Shown: positions 40,501 to 52,308, counted from the stretch's first letter. The stretch is 64,000 nucleotides of DNA from Selaginella moellendorffii (GCF_000143415.4 NW_003314267.1:2893839-2957838); one strand, 5' to 3'. The notes: generated from the letters alone by a model not told the origin. Translations and numbers: made by a program.

Positions 40501-40703
40501 ACCTCATGCTGCTCCTTGACGAATCGGCTTATTTCCTCGGCGCTACACGCCAGGGCCTTGGCGCTGTTGCCCTCCTCCGCCACCACCACCAGCGACGCGG
40601 CTCTCACCGTGCTCTTGCTGCTCCTGCAGCTGCTGGACGCCCCCCACTGCCTGCTGACCACTGGCAGGCAATGCCAATGCCATGCCACCACCGACATTGG
40701 CAT
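37578..40703 (-). CDS. P-class pentatricopeptide repeat protein, 1041 aa, intronless, probable organellar transit peptide
   Basis: More than 20 tandem 35-aa repeats (PDVVAYNTLIAGYCKAG...); no E/DYW tail. Confidence 0.95.
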   Translation of the reverse strand: MPMSVVAWHWHCLPVVSRQWGASSSCRSSKSTVRAASLVVVAEEGNSAKALACSAEEISRFVKEQHEVRGDMESLGARYDISTKLVARVLQQLSAHVQAAYAFFQWAGTRATFRHTSTVYNLMLQLLCRDKQLTLSLRLVNQMQAQHVPLTKDTFGSLGQMMLGRGGVQGGVEAFIRLGALGFKFNAFAHDCLVKVILEEQRLDMALATYNHLLKAGVPVDAHTATAMVKEVCKLGRTELLAELLAELRQKGVGLSEVTCTECIQAFGRAGDLDAAMGMLDDMRRGNFCQPDTVAFTAAMHWLCEVRRVEQAMTLFADMRETCDCAPDVVAYNTLIAGYCKAGDGDRALDMFRRLKQEGSCKPNAVSFDTLVIFLCKMSRATDALAVFQEMLGAGLQADVNVCNTLIHCTCRLGMLRQARRLLHHMTAHACARDAFTYGILVNAHCRAGQMHEVASFMELARHDGCALSAVNYNFIIQGFIRCGRLAEATQLFESTMTKESVPDVFTYNLLIGAQGKAGNMDKVWELLSTMQRAGCQPDHCTFNSILHGMRRAARIDDFHRLSAEMAKHAVLPTVHMANVLVTCLAHAGKMEEALDFLREFPGGAIEVSGYNTLIAALARAGKFDEACNVFLEMKELSVATCDLLLSGLVDAGRSDDIERVISEARSVGLASEDVMYSSLIRVLCKKAGGLEDARRYLRLMQGKGLCLSSAGHGSLLTALCKSKQLEEALTLFQEAEQAGVVLDVFTYSYLMDALGKAGRAAKALEVFSNMQKAGCMPDTVVYNVLISCLGKQGKVDEALELLEDMNRKGIMPDCRTYNIVIDVLSSCGRYEKAYSFFGMMKRRKHSPDVVTYNTLLNGLKKLRRTDEACDLFDEMQANKCMPDLTTFGTLIDTLAKAGRMEDALEQSARLVKMGHVPNSYIYNALISGFCRSGQVDKGYELFQDMIECSCFPDSITYTILVLGFSRRGHTSMAMELLQEMVREGHTPALATYNVLIRSLSMAGQVEDAYTLFKEMIAKGFNPDMQTYSALPNLSTPNKSV

Positions 40704-40745
40704 GCCCTAGTCCTTGTGCTGCTAGTGTCACTAGGTGCCCAGGGT

Positions 40746-42050
40746 ATGGCGGGAAGCAGCAAGCCGACGCTGGTGCGCATCAAACGCAAGCGCTGCCATG
40801 AGCCCGTGGACCTCCTATGTAAGTCTCAGCTAGCTACGCATTGCTCTGCCGCTCCCAACCAAAGGCATCGCAGGGCTGGAGCACAGTGCTACAAAGCGTC
40901 GCGGGCTTGATGCCGATGCCGCCAACTTGACACTGCTGGACGCTCCCCACTCCTCAGGTAGCCAAGCTACTTGCTACGTGCACATGTCGCCTCTTTCTTC
41001 CCTTCCCCCCAGGTGGCCAAGGAGGAGGAAAGCTTCTCTTTTGCCGGCTTCAAACTGTCGAGGCTTCACAAGTCAAGGATGCGTCCCTGTCAGAGTCTCT
41101 CATGGTGAGTGTGCTGCGCACCATCTGACCCGAACTGATGGCTGTGGATGGATGCTTGCAGTCCGAACTTTCTGCAACCAGGCAAGAGGCAAGGAAGAGC
41201 GGTTTCAAAAGAGCCAAGACGCCATCTGCATCTGCGGCTGCCAGGCAGCAGCACGAGGTACTTCCGCCGGCCCAAAGCTGCTGCCTGAGCTACAGCTTGT
41301 TTGCAGAGAGACGCCAAAGCCGCGCGCTACAAGCAGGTGTGGAAGAATCGACTGGGTCTAGAGAGCGAGGACGTTATGCCCCAGTTTTTTCACCTCTACG
41401 ATGTAGTTCGAACAACAGGTGGTGAGGAAACGAGAGAGAGGTAAGCTGGCGCTAATGCCAACCAGGATTACCCAGCACGAAAAGACAGGGATCGCGAGGA
41501 TAACGAGCTGCTGATGAAGTACATGCCACTCCTTGAGGAATTTTGCCCTGAAAACTTTCCTCCCGCCGATGCCTCCACCGGTTAGCGTCCATGCATACGA
41601 GGCCTCACATGTGCCAAGCTTGTCTTGCAGAGGATTTCGTGTACGACGTGTATGTACAGCAGGCGGGGCACGAACAACTAGATGTGAACGAAGAAGATGA
41701 CTTACTAACGTGAGCCATTTCCTTACCCTCGGTTTGAAGATTTCCACGGGGACAAATTGCAGGTTGCAAGTGAGCGATTCGTTTGCCTTTGGATTAGAGG
41801 ACCAAGTCGATTCCGACTATGACAGCGAGGACTCAAACCGTAATGTTTCGTGTGGCCATGCCTTACGGAGCGCCTGACCTCTAGATACGTTACAGGTGAG
41901 GATCGCCCCGAGTGCGACTATCCTGACGAAGAAGACGGAGATTGTTCCGAGGACGAGCTAGAAGACTCGGACCCTGACGACGAGAAGATCAGCGGCAGCA
42001 GCGATGATGAAGAGGACACAAACAAGTATATTTGGAAAAGTCGCAGGTGA
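40746..42050 (+). CDS. IWR1: IWR1-family RNA polymerase-associated factor (RDM4/DMS4-like)
   Basis: N-terminal KPTLVRIKRKR; DFVYDVY; DYDSEDSN...DYPDEE acidic C-terminus; multi-exon. Confidence 0.8.
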
Positions 42051-42098
42051 TGGAATCTACTGGTTTTTCTTTCTTGTTGAAAGTGTTTCCAAGGTGAT

Positions 42099-43724
42099 TT
42101 AAGCAACGGGTAGCACAACGGGCTCTTTGATCCGGGTGTCCACCCCAGATGGAGGGAGGTCCAGATGTTTGGGCAGGATGGGATAATTTCCAGAGAAGCA
42201 AGCGTCACAGAAAGTTGGTGCGCTGTGGCCCAGCATTCCCCTCAGCCTCTCAAGTGGCAGGAAGGCGAGTGAGTCGGCCCCAATGAAGGCGCACGTCTCG
42301 TCAATGCTCAGCTTGTGCGATATGAGCTCTTCCCTGGAGGGCGTGTCGACGCCGTAGTAACAGGAGCCCGTGATGGGGGGGCTAGCAATCCGCAGGTGTA
42401 CCTCCTTGGCGCCCGCCTCCTTGATGAGCCTCACAATCTTGGACGACGTTGTACCCCGGACAATGGAATCGTCCACCACCACCACCCTCTTGCCCTCGAG
42501 GACTTCCTTGACGGGAGAGAGCTTCAACTTGACCCCGAAGTCCCGGATCTTCTGGTGCGGCTCGATGAAGGTCCGTCCCACGTAGTGCGAGCGGATGAGC
42601 CCCTGCTGGAACGGGACGCCCGACTTGTAGGCGTAGCCCAGCGCCGCCACCATCCCCGAGTCTGGGACTGCGATGACTACGTCGCAATCCACGGGTGCCT
42701 CCTCGGCCAGCACCTCGCCAATCCTGTACCTGGTCTGGTACACAGACAGTCCGAAGACGACCGAGTTGGGTAGCGCAAAGTAGATGTGCTCGAAGATGCA
42801 GGCCTTGCGCTCCTTGTGTGGCATGAGGCAGAGGGAGCTGACGCCGTCCCTGTCAACCACGATCACCTCCCCTGGGTTCACCTCCCTCTGGAATTCCGCC
42901 TCGATGAGGCCCAGGGCGCACGTCTCGGACGCGAAGACGACGGCGCCGTTGCTCCGGCGGCCCATGACGAGCGGGCGGAAGCCGTAGGGGTCCCTGGCGG
43001 CCACCAGCTTGTCCTCGGTGAGAAAGACGAGCGAGTAGGCACCCTCGAGCTGCTCACAGGCGTGGACGAGGCGAGAGATGAAGGGGCGCGCCTTGGAGGT
43101 GGCGATGAGGTGCAGCACAACCTCGGTGTCGGAGGAGGTGTTGAAGATGGAGCCGCTGTCCTCGAGCATGATGCGGAGCTCGTTGTAGTTGACAAGGTTG
43201 CCGTTGTGAGCCACGCCCACAGAGCCGAAGCGGTAGCCGGCGACAAAGGGCTGGACGTTTTTGAGTACCGAATCACCGGCGGTACCATACCTCACGTGCC
43301 CGATCGCCGATGAGCCGGGGAGCTTGCTCAGCTTGGAGTGATTGAACACCTCCGACACCAGCCCCAGCCCGGTGATCCCCTTGAGCTGCCCACCGTCACA
43401 CGACACAATTCCCGCGCCCTCCTGCCCCCTGTGCTGCAGCGCGTGCAGCGCCAGATAGCACAGCCTGCTCGCATCGCTGTCGCCGTAGATGCCCACCACG
43501 CCGCATTCCTCCCCCCACGCCCGCTCCGCCGCCGCCAGCATGGGCTGTTCCTCTTGGTGCTCGCATGACCATCGGGCAGAGCATCTGAGACTGATACCTC
43601 CTCTCGCCTGAGCTGCTGCAATCCTTGGTTTGCTCCAGCCGCCGCTCTGCCAGGGGAGAAACAAGGAGGTGTTGCTGCTACCCGCTGCCATCCCGACGGC
43701 GGCGGTGGCTGCTGCTAGAACCAT
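42099..43724 (-). CDS. purF: Amidophosphoribosyltransferase (glutamine-PRPP amidotransferase), plastid-targeted, intronless
   Basis: EECGVVG propeptide/Cys1, LQHRGQE, VVDDSIVRGTTS; first ATG in frame at 43724. Confidence 0.96.
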   Translation of the reverse strand: MVLAAATAAVGMAAGSSNTSLFLPWQSGGWSKPRIAAAQARGGISLRCSARWSCEHQEEQPMLAAAERAWGEECGVVGIYGDSDASRLCYLALHALQHRGQEGAGIVSCDGGQLKGITGLGLVSEVFNHSKLSKLPGSSAIGHVRYGTAGDSVLKNVQPFVAGYRFGSVGVAHNGNLVNYNELRIMLEDSGSIFNTSSDTEVVLHLIATSKARPFISRLVHACEQLEGAYSLVFLTEDKLVAARDPYGFRPLVMGRRSNGAVVFASETCALGLIEAEFQREVNPGEVIVVDRDGVSSLCLMPHKERKACIFEHIYFALPNSVVFGLSVYQTRYRIGEVLAEEAPVDCDVVIAVPDSGMVAALGYAYKSGVPFQQGLIRSHYVGRTFIEPHQKIRDFGVKLKLSPVKEVLEGKRVVVVDDSIVRGTTSSKIVRLIKEAGAKEVHLRIASPPITGSCYYGVDTPSREELISHKLSIDETCAFIGADSLAFLPLERLRGMLGHSAPTFCDACFSGNYPILPKHLDLPPSGVDTRIKEPVVLPVA

Positions 43725-43973
43725 GGCTTTTTTAGGGCTGGCGGTGTGGACAAGAGAGATATTCTGTGATGGCGACGGGATCCCCTCAAGAAACGCACTG
43801 AGATATTCCCTGCGCACAAACGGAAGAAAGATAACCCCCAAGAAGGCCTACTTGCTCCTGGGTGCCTGGGATCTTGAGCCGTATCTAGTAGCAGTGCAAA
43901 GAAAAGGAAAGCCACGCTCTCTCACACAACATTAAGTTGTAATAGCAACAGCAGCAGCAGCAGCAAAGGAGCA

Positions 43974-45269
43974 ATGACGGTGGCCGCCGTGGCTTCGTCC
44001 AGTTTGCTCCTGTGTGAAGAATCCATGTCCCACAGCGACGATGGCGCCGCCATCTTGGGATTGGATCGGCTGGCAATGTCGGGGGAGCGTGGTGAAGACT
44101 TTCACCAGCCGTGTCAGCTAGATTGCGCGCTCCAATTCGGGGAATGCATGGCACTCCTCGTCAGCCAGGAGAGTGTGGGACGCTATCTGCCTTGCAAGCT
44201 CTTTGTGCGACAGCTGCTCCTGGAGCGATCGCCCCTCGCGGAGCTCCGCCGTGAAACTGTTGTGTGGATACTTGAGGTGAGACTGTGTGCAGCATTGTGA
44301 AGCGCGGAATTGAGATAACCAGGTGCTTGTTTCAGCTCCGAAGTCTCCTGCGCTTGGATGTCTCTGTGGCTGCCAGCGCGGTATCAATGCTGGATCGGTT
44401 TGTTTCTTCGAGCTCTTGTCAAGTGCAATCGAGTCACTCTCCGCTGCACCTGAATCTGGCGGGCCTGGCTTGCATGTGGCTGGCTGCCAAGTACAGTGGC
44501 AGCCGGGTGCTCGACTTCTGGCACCTACAGGTACCCCCTCCCTCCCAATGCGTCCCCCTGCTCTAAGATTGCTGGATGTGGTTGGAGCGCAGGGTGCTGC
44601 TGCCAAGGTTGGGTTCGATGCTGCCAGCATCCGGCGCATGGAGCTGATTGTGCTCAGGTCGCTGGGATGGTCGGCAGTCACGCTCACCCCCCACGACTTC
44701 ATCTTCAACGCCATCCGGCACCTCGCCAGTAGCGCCGCATTTCCCACACACACGCTCCACTACTTCTTCTCCAGGGCCGATGAGCTCGTGGCTGGGCTCC
44801 TTCCAGGCATGGCTGCGTGCAATGTCCGAACATATATGCTAATCTCGACCGTCTTGTCTTGTCTTGCGCAGAGGCAGCCTTCTTACAGTACCAGCCATCT
44901 GTGATCGGCAGCTGCATTCTTCAGTGTGTGCTGGATGAGAGCATCCCCGTGCAATCAGCCGACTTCATGGATCGTCTTCGGACAACGCTGGCGGTTGACA
45001 TGGTTGGTACCGTTTATAACAACAAAACCGGACAAAATAAAATCAAAGAATTAAAAGGACCTACCTTGCCACCAAACGCCTCTTTCACCTCTCTTGGCTC
45101 TTGTTTCACTGTCCTCTTGAAACAGATATCGTCTTGGGATTGCTACCAGTTGCTCATGGACTGCGTCGTCGATCCAGCAGACTGTTGTTGCGCCGCCCCG
45201 TCGCCAGATCATGTTGCCGGTGCACACCTCTCGCATTTGGACCAAATTAACAAGGTTGTCACGAGATGA
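43974..45269 (+). CDS. CYCD: D-type cyclin
   Basis: N-terminal LxCxE (LLCEE) Rb-binding motif; cyclin box RRETVVWI, MLDRF, LACMWLAAK, IRRMELIVL, TPHDFI. Confidence 0.85.
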
Positions 45270-45402
45270 TTAAGAAAGAAAAAGATTTGACCTTTAGATC
45301 CCAGCGGTCCGAATGGGCGGTCCTTAAACTTTTGCCCCTTCGCAACTGCCGTGCGTTCAGCTGGCACAGATTTAGGGCTCTCAACTAGCGCAGCACATCA
45401 GG

Positions 45403-46975
45403 ATGGTGCGGCGCGACAAATATGTCAAGGCCATGCCTGGCTACGGCGGCCATGTGCCCTGCATGCGCAACCACATTGTGGGGAGGAGTTTCTCGGATTC
45501 CACAGTCCGTGCGTCGCAGTGCGAGAAGGCGTTTCGGCGGGATGATTATGCGAGTGTGGCGCCTCTGGTATGTGTCGGCCGCTCATCACGCACAATTTAG
45601 CACGGAGACGATCGAAACCTTGCGGTGCTGTGGCAGACTGTCGAGTCCCGGCCGCAAGGGAGGGACTTTCTCTACGCCCAGACCGCAAAGACGGGATACG
45701 AGCTCCTGGACAAGAGGGCGCTGGAGCCTCGCATCAGCAAGAAGCGGCCATCCGGTGCGCTCTTCCATGCCACGGGGCGCCTGGATGTGCGCGGCATGGA
45801 GTGAGTAACGAGCACACCGGAAGTCATGTTTATAATGGACATGTTTCGTGCACAGGAAAGTGGCAGGAACCACTGAAGAGTGTGTCACCAAGACGGTCAA
45901 ATCTGCATCACTTCCCGTTGCACCATACAGAGATCCCACCCTGCAGCTGCGCAAGTCCTTCCACAAAATGAGCTTGGAACAGCCCGAGATCCCCACCGTC
46001 CCGGGCTACACAGGTCACCAGGTTCTCTCTCTCTCTCTCTGCATCAACACAACATGGATTCCACCTCTTTGTGATGCAGCATGGGTCCCAACACATATTC
46101 GGCAAATCTTATGGCTCAAGCAGACGAGAAATCATCACGGACCACTGTGTCCCAGACAAGCCCACTGTCAAGGAGCTCCTCTACTATTGGGACACGCGGC
46201 CTCAAGGCAAGCAGACCACCGACAAGCACAGGATACCCGGTTACCAGGTCTGATATGTATGTTACGTAGTGCAATCATCAAGAAACTTTGGCTTCTACGG
46301 CAGGGGTATATTCCCAGCAAGAGCAACCACGTCTTTGCTAAGACGGCCGGAGCGGCCTCAAACTTGGCTGCCTTGGCTGAAAATACGTTGAGAGAACGCA
46401 AGAATGCCGGCGGCCTGTACGAGCTTGTCGATAATCCACCACAGGTGAGCCATGCGAGGCATGCATGGGGCAAGCGTCTAACTCTGCTTGTTCCTTCCTC
46501 CAGGGCAAAGTCGACCTCTATGCACAAAGTCAGGAGCGCTTCTTCGAAGTGGAGCCTAGGCCCAACTACATAAGAGTGGACAAGAAAACGACCAGGGTAA
46601 GCAAGATTATATAGCGTGCTCCTTTATTTCTCTTGTGGGATCCATGCAGCCGTCCATGTTTGAGCTGAGGCCCGACTACAGGGTGAGGTTGAAAATCTTT
46701 GATGACACTCGACAAGTGATGGAAGGCAAGCACCATGTCACGGGATACACCGGGCACGTCCATGCATCACAGGTTCGCGTCTTCATCCTCGCTTTGTGTG
46801 CGTGCCGCTCAGACTCTACCCCTTTCCGTTGCAGCACTTGTACGCCAAGTCGTACGGCAAGATCTCCCGAACGCTGCATGAGAAGCCAGCTATCCCGGAA
46901 ACGTCGGAGCAGTACTTGAACTTCGCTGATTCTCGCGCGCTCGTAGATCAAGTCGACGACGTTACCATTTCATAG
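45403..46975 (+). CDS. PGYxGH-repeat protein (FAM166/PYG-repeat-like ciliary microtubule inner protein candidate)
   Basis: Four repeats after splicing: PGYGGHVP..IVGRSF, PGYTGHQ..IFGKSYG, PGYQGYIP..VFAKT, TGYTGHVH..LYAKSYG. Confidence 0.65.
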
Positions 46976-47019
46976 CACAGGACACGCTTTTGTACAAATC
47001 CAGAAAGACGAGTTTTGGT

Positions 47020-48455
47020 TCAAACCTGTTGCTTTCGGAGCATCCAGCCTTTGGCACGCTCTAGCATGGAATGCCCTGCTCAACAAATGGTCAGAGGTAA
47101 ACAGCTCAACACCGGCCTACGTACCTGGGTTGTTGTGTTTGGCTCCAAGGGATCCGTTGCCCGCGGACCAACTCCGCCTCAAACTGGTGTTGCTAGTAAG
47201 GAGGTTTTCCTTCTCCGAGTGCTTACGCCGCTTGGGTGAAGTCGACTTCGCTCTACTCGCGTTCTTGGACAGTTTAGAGTAGTGTTGACCACGCCCAACA
47301 CCTTGCCTCTTCTCCTGAGTCGCATCCTTGCACGTCTTCTTGCTTGCCTCTAACACCTTCAAAGGCCGCGGATTACTATGCTTCCAGCTATGGCCTGTGG
47401 CAGCGATCTCGGAGTGCTTGTCTCCACGAGAAAAGTGCGCTGGAGGAACCGGTAGCCGAGAACCAAGGGAATAAGTGGCTGTCTCCGTCGCGAGCCGTGG
47501 ACGAGTAACTGGTCTGTTCTTTGAGGGCAAGCGGTCAATCAGTGCCGGAAGCGACTTGACAGGAGATGTCTGTCCCTTCTTACCACGAAGCAATGGCACT
47601 TTCTGCGCTTTGTCCACTCCAGTCTTCTTAGCAGCTGGATGCTTGAACGGAGCTAATACCCTGAAATGCTTCGAGCTTGGCGGGCTTGTCGTCTCGTATG
47701 CAGGGTTTGGAAACATAACTGCATTCGACTGTGTGGACTTGATCTGCGATAACTTCCAACTCTTCTGAGCTTTTTTCACCTTTGTAACCTTCATGGATGG
47801 TGCCGCCGCTGGTGCTGGTGCCTGTACCGGTGCCGGTGACGCTACTGGCAGGGCGTTGAAGGTCTGAAGCTGTTCAATCTTGTCGAACTCCTGGATGCCC
47901 ACTCCGCTATGCAAAGTAGCCGAGGCATCCCCTTTGGTTTGGCTATCTGCATGACGCCTGTCACGCTGTTTACTTGCAGAACCCCGCCTTGCTTCAAACA
48001 GTTGCGATACCCCACCAGAGAGTTCCTTTGCGTTCTTGGCAGCCGCGAGAAGATCCGAGAGTACCCGATGCACAGACTCAGCCGATTCTGACCAGTGCGT
48101 CCACTCAGCTACATACATCACGAAGGAGAGAAGTGTAAACCAATGGATGCCAGACAAACATTTTGGCGACAAACCTGCATTGGATAGCTTCGCCATCGCA
48201 TCGTCATCGAGTCCAACTCTGCAGCAGAGAACACTGGGAAATCCTATACAGCACAGAAAAGCCGATACCTTTGGTCGCTTTTGGGGCTTTTGCAAGAAAC
48301 AGCCATCCTGGTGACCTCGATCGCGGTCTGCAGCTGCTGCAGCCGAGCTACAATCTCATCCACCTGCGCGACCTGAAGATTAGAGCCTTGCGAGCGAAGG
48401 AGGCGCTCACCTTGTCAAGGGCCCTCTGGATTGGCGGAGGCTGATGCGCTTCCAT
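47020..48455 (-). CDS. TANGLED1-like microtubule-binding division-site protein (divergent)
   Basis: Spliced N-terminus RALDK|VDEIVARLQQLQ...SPKS, then EWTHWS..VLSDLLAA, MFPNP, and a basic Ser/Pro-rich tail with LRRSWS; these resemble TAN1 motifs as I recall them. Confidence 0.6.
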
Positions 48456-48560
48456 GGACGCCGATCAAACTAGCCCTTCCGCCCTAAGCCTGGCTCGAGG
48501 TTTAAAATGGGGGCCTGCCCATTTGCCCTAGCCCAACGGCTCTATTTTGCTTTCGAGAGG

Positions 48561-49920
48561 ATGGATGCTGGATCGACGCTTGGTATGGTGAGAGAGGAGG
48601 ATTTCCTTGCGCGCAAGCTCGACATTCAGCTGGATTACTGGGCGGCGGAGAAATGGCAGCTGGAGAATCGACTTCTGGTGGTATGTTTTGTCGATTCATT
48701 CGAATGCTAGGGCTTAGGGGCTTCTCTTGCAGGGAGAGAGAGCTCACAGGCATACGGAGGCTTTTCAAAGCTATGAAAATGCGCAGCTTGCCCTCACACT
48801 GGGCCTTCAGCAGCACGAACTTTTTCTGAGCAAGCTCAAGCTGGGTATGTCAACGACGTACATCCTTCGCGCATGCTCAAAACCTTGCAATGACAGATAG
48901 CGTTGTGGACGATCTTACGCATTTCCAGACCCGAGTGACACTACTGGAGAGCCAAGTTCGACTAGAAAAGGTGCTTGCCTGGTTACTCCTTCGCTGTAAG
49001 ATTAATTGGCATACGTTACGCAGGAAAAGGTTGAGCGGCTCAAGCAGCAGCAGTCCCTCGGTGGACAATCCGTTTTAGCAACGAAGGAAGCGGAGTTTGT
49101 GGATAAGTTGCATGATGCATCACAGCAGATTCAGGATCTTCGGCAGGAAATCCACGGGTTGAAACTCGGCCATGCCACAGAAATGACCAAAGTTTCGAAG
49201 GAGTTGCAAGCTCTTCTCAGGGAAAGGGACTTCGTGTGGAATCAGCTGAAATGCTTGGAGGCCGATTTTTGCTGCCGCCTGAAAGAAAAAGAAGCGGTAG
49301 TGCTCGCTAGTCAAGAGGACATCGCGAAGCTTCGAGAGTGTAACGAGTTGGCGCAGAGAGTTGGTGATGAAAGAGCAGTGGAGCTGACGATAACGAAGAT
49401 GGAATTGAAGAAAGCAGAAGATGAGTCCCTGGAGATGAAAAATATGGTTGCCGAACTCATGTCAGAGAAGGTGCAAACAAGCGCAAGCGATGAGCTACAA
49501 AATGCGTACAGAAGGCTTGAGGAGGTAAGGCTGGAAAATAGGAACCTGAAGGAGTTGTATGCTGAACTGGAGGCCAAGCATGACGAAAAAATGGTTCGCA
49601 GATTTAATTTGTCTGCTTGCTTTTCTTACTGTTCTGTTTCTTCCAGAGGCTGGACAAACCCGTGAAAACTGGAAAGAAGGACGTCACTACGCGCAACTTA
49701 TCGTCAGAAATGGAGGCCGCCGCAGGAGAGTCTGGGCAATGCAAGCGCTTGCGCTCGCGCTCTCGAAAAGCCAGAGGAGAAGGGGTACACCTCCCTTCAA
49801 GCAAAGTTATACTTTTTCTAACACAAAATGCAGGAGAAGACTGCAAAGCGCACCAATCGTGGTGAGAACACTGGAAAGCGACGCCAGGTAGTGAGAAGTG
49901 CGCATGAAACACTCATCTGA
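48561..49920 (+). CDS. Uncharacterised coiled-coil protein (ends approximate)
   Basis: 219-aa heptad-rich exon (49006-49665) with LLRERDFVWNQ; GT-AG flanked small exons. Confidence 0.6.
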
Positions 49921-50076
49921 CTATTTAATTTATAGAACAAGACTTCAAGCTCCAGTGGCGGAAGGGTTCTAAGAGCAAGAGACTCGAGTGGCAGTGCCAC
50001 AAACACTAGCTTTTTCTCAGCCTCGTTTAGTATTCCAAAGGTAAAGAATACACTCGCAGCGGTGAGATAACAACGA

Positions 50077-52308
50077 TCATGACAAAGAAATCTTCCTCTT
50101 GGGCAGTCGTCTTCGTAAAATAGATGAGCCGGTGCCTTCAACTACTTGACTTGTGCTCAGATAGGGGCACATGTATCCTTCCACCTGGTTTGTTAATTAT
50201 ATAACAACATTCTCTCTGTTGAAGCTACAACGAACCTGTAGTAGAGTAGCAGGAACGTCCACGCGACCTTGCAGTATAGTGTCCACTCCCTCGAGGACGT
50301 TTGGCGAGCATGGCGTAAGTATGTACAAGATGCGCCGGTCAGCATCGATAGCCCGGACAATACCTGAAAAAGGGGCAGGGGGACAGCTCACTCGAATGCT
50401 AGCTGAAGAAACGCCGCTCACCGAAACCAACGCATGGGGGTTGCTCTTCTCCTCTGTGAGAGCTGGTAGCCAAACCAACAAGTTGAGCATTCAAGCCGAA
50501 CAACTTCTGAGATACTGGGACCTGTCCAAATCGTATACAAGAGTTGAGTTTACATGGAAGACCAGTCTGGAAGTCTCAACCTGGACATGAAGATGCACGA
50601 TGTTGAGATCATCCGCTGAAACTTGATAAGGAACCTGGCAGGCTAGTGTTCTTGCAACTTCCTCAAATCGAAGGCCAAGCGAAGAATCGATTCTATCGTA
50701 ATCATGGAAGTAATGCACCACTCTGAGAGCTCTAAGCTGAGCAGCCGTCCTGACAGCACTAGGCAAAAATTAGTTCCACATGATGACGAATGCGAAAGGC
50801 GCTGAGTGGGCATACCGGTCAGGCTCAGTCGAGCAGGAGAAAGCGCGTTCTAGATGAAGGACGGAGGCAATGTCATCAGGCAGCGGCGGAACACTCTCAT
50901 CGTCTGCGGAGTGGATCTCTACCACATGCGTGGGCGTCGAATAACGCAGTATATCAACCAAGAGGTCGTATCCGACACCTTTGGAACGCAAAGTTAGAAT
51001 ACATGACAAGCGAGAAAAATCCTGGACCTGCCCGCCATCCAAGCGAGTTGATGACCAGCGGAATCTCAAGCGCGGCCCGTCGAAAAGAGTCGTAAAGATC
51101 CTTGAAGTATTTGACATATGCCTTTGGATCCGATTGTGGAGTTATGTCACCGTAGAAGAAGCACCTGAAAGATGCGGGTATGCGGGTCGGAAACGCAACA
51201 TGAAAGTCGGAAAATATCATAAAACCTTTGCGGGACACGTAGATGTGAGACGGGAGAGCCTGCAATGAAAAGCATGAGAAAAGGAACGATTCCAGAAGCG
51301 CTGATCCTTGCCAGTGATCGGTTCTTCAAGAACGTGAAGTGATAAGCATCCTGGGATTGTAAACTCTGGCTGGCCAACGTCGGCGTCGAGATATGCAACA
51401 GCTTTGTACCTGCATGAGCATGAGCGAGCCAGGTCTAAGACAAATCAAGAATCCACCTGGTCAGCAATCTGTTGACGAGGAAACGGGCAAAAGTCGACTT
51501 TCCCACGCCTTTCCCTCCGCAGACTGGAACAACAGGTGGAAGCCTGTCACATACGGACATTATCAAGTCGGCAGTGGACGACCACTCGCAAGGTATAATG
51601 GTCGGCCGCATGCGCTTCTGAGCTCCTTCCACAACATCACTGCTTATTTGTTTCCTTTTCCTGGATTCAGCATTTTGGTCAGAAGATGAGCGGGAGTCAT
51701 CGACAATTTCCTGCAAACAGAAGACTTAAGGAGTGCCGGTCTATGTAACACAACTTACGAGAGTAAAAGACAGCGAGTCGTCATCCGGCTGCTCGAGGCT
51801 GCAGGAGCTGAAACGGAGGACGCACCCGCCTTGGCTCGTCTGGAATGTTAAAGCCGAGCATAGCGTCGAGCAAGATTTCACAAGAACTTCCGTGGCCCGA
51901 ATAAGGGAGTAACCATGCATGGAAGCACTTCCTTCGGTCAGGCACACCATGGCACACCCATCAAACGCAAGAGTCTGCCAGATGCACAAGCGATCATGGG
52001 AGCGTCTCTCGTTGCTTGCGTACCTGGTTGGCCGCAAGCCGGACTATGGCTTTGTTGTCGTCCACAAGTTGAACGCTGCAGTAGAGTTAGGAGGTGGAGA
52101 ACAACCAGAGCACCAGTACCAACCTGACGGCCTCTTCACTGATGGGGTGAGCGTTGCTCGCGGCCGGGAAAACCGTGCGCCTTCTCGTCCGGTCTTGTTT
52201 GCTGGTAGCGTGGTCCGCTCGCTTGCGTTTGCATGGCAGGCCCTTGACAAAGCACCGAGCGGCGAGGTTGAGGAAAATGCTCCTGCTGTCGGGCAGGAGG
52301 CCTTTCAT
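50077..52308 (-). CDS. NOL9: NOL9/Grc3-type polynucleotide 5'-kinase (Clp1 family)
   Basis: Walker A CGGKGVGKSTF, YLDADVGQPEF, PLVINSLGW, GIVRAID; multi-exon; start inferred from Kozak-like CCACCGCCATG and a splice path into the conserved N-terminal domain. Confidence 0.85.

Noticed and set aside
37578-40703. PPR as an RNA-editing (PLS-DYW) factor
   Set aside because: Repeats are uniform P-type and there is no E/DYW domain.
39270-40910. 546-aa plus-strand ORF, and similar 353-aa ORF at 56722-57783 and 249-aa ORF at 51919-52668
   Set aside because: Antisense shadows of GC-rich coding sequence (PPR, OGDH, TFB5/NOL9) with no motifs of their own.
43725-43841. N-terminal extension of purF shown in the ORF track
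   Set aside because: Begins at a non-ATG codon; the first ATG is at 43724 and gives a plausible transit peptide.
43974-48455. Cyclin D, ciliary MIP-like and TAN-like genes as a functional cell-division/microtubule cluster
   Set aside because: Three neighbours in a gene-dense region with no shared regulatory evidence; chance adjacency is likely.
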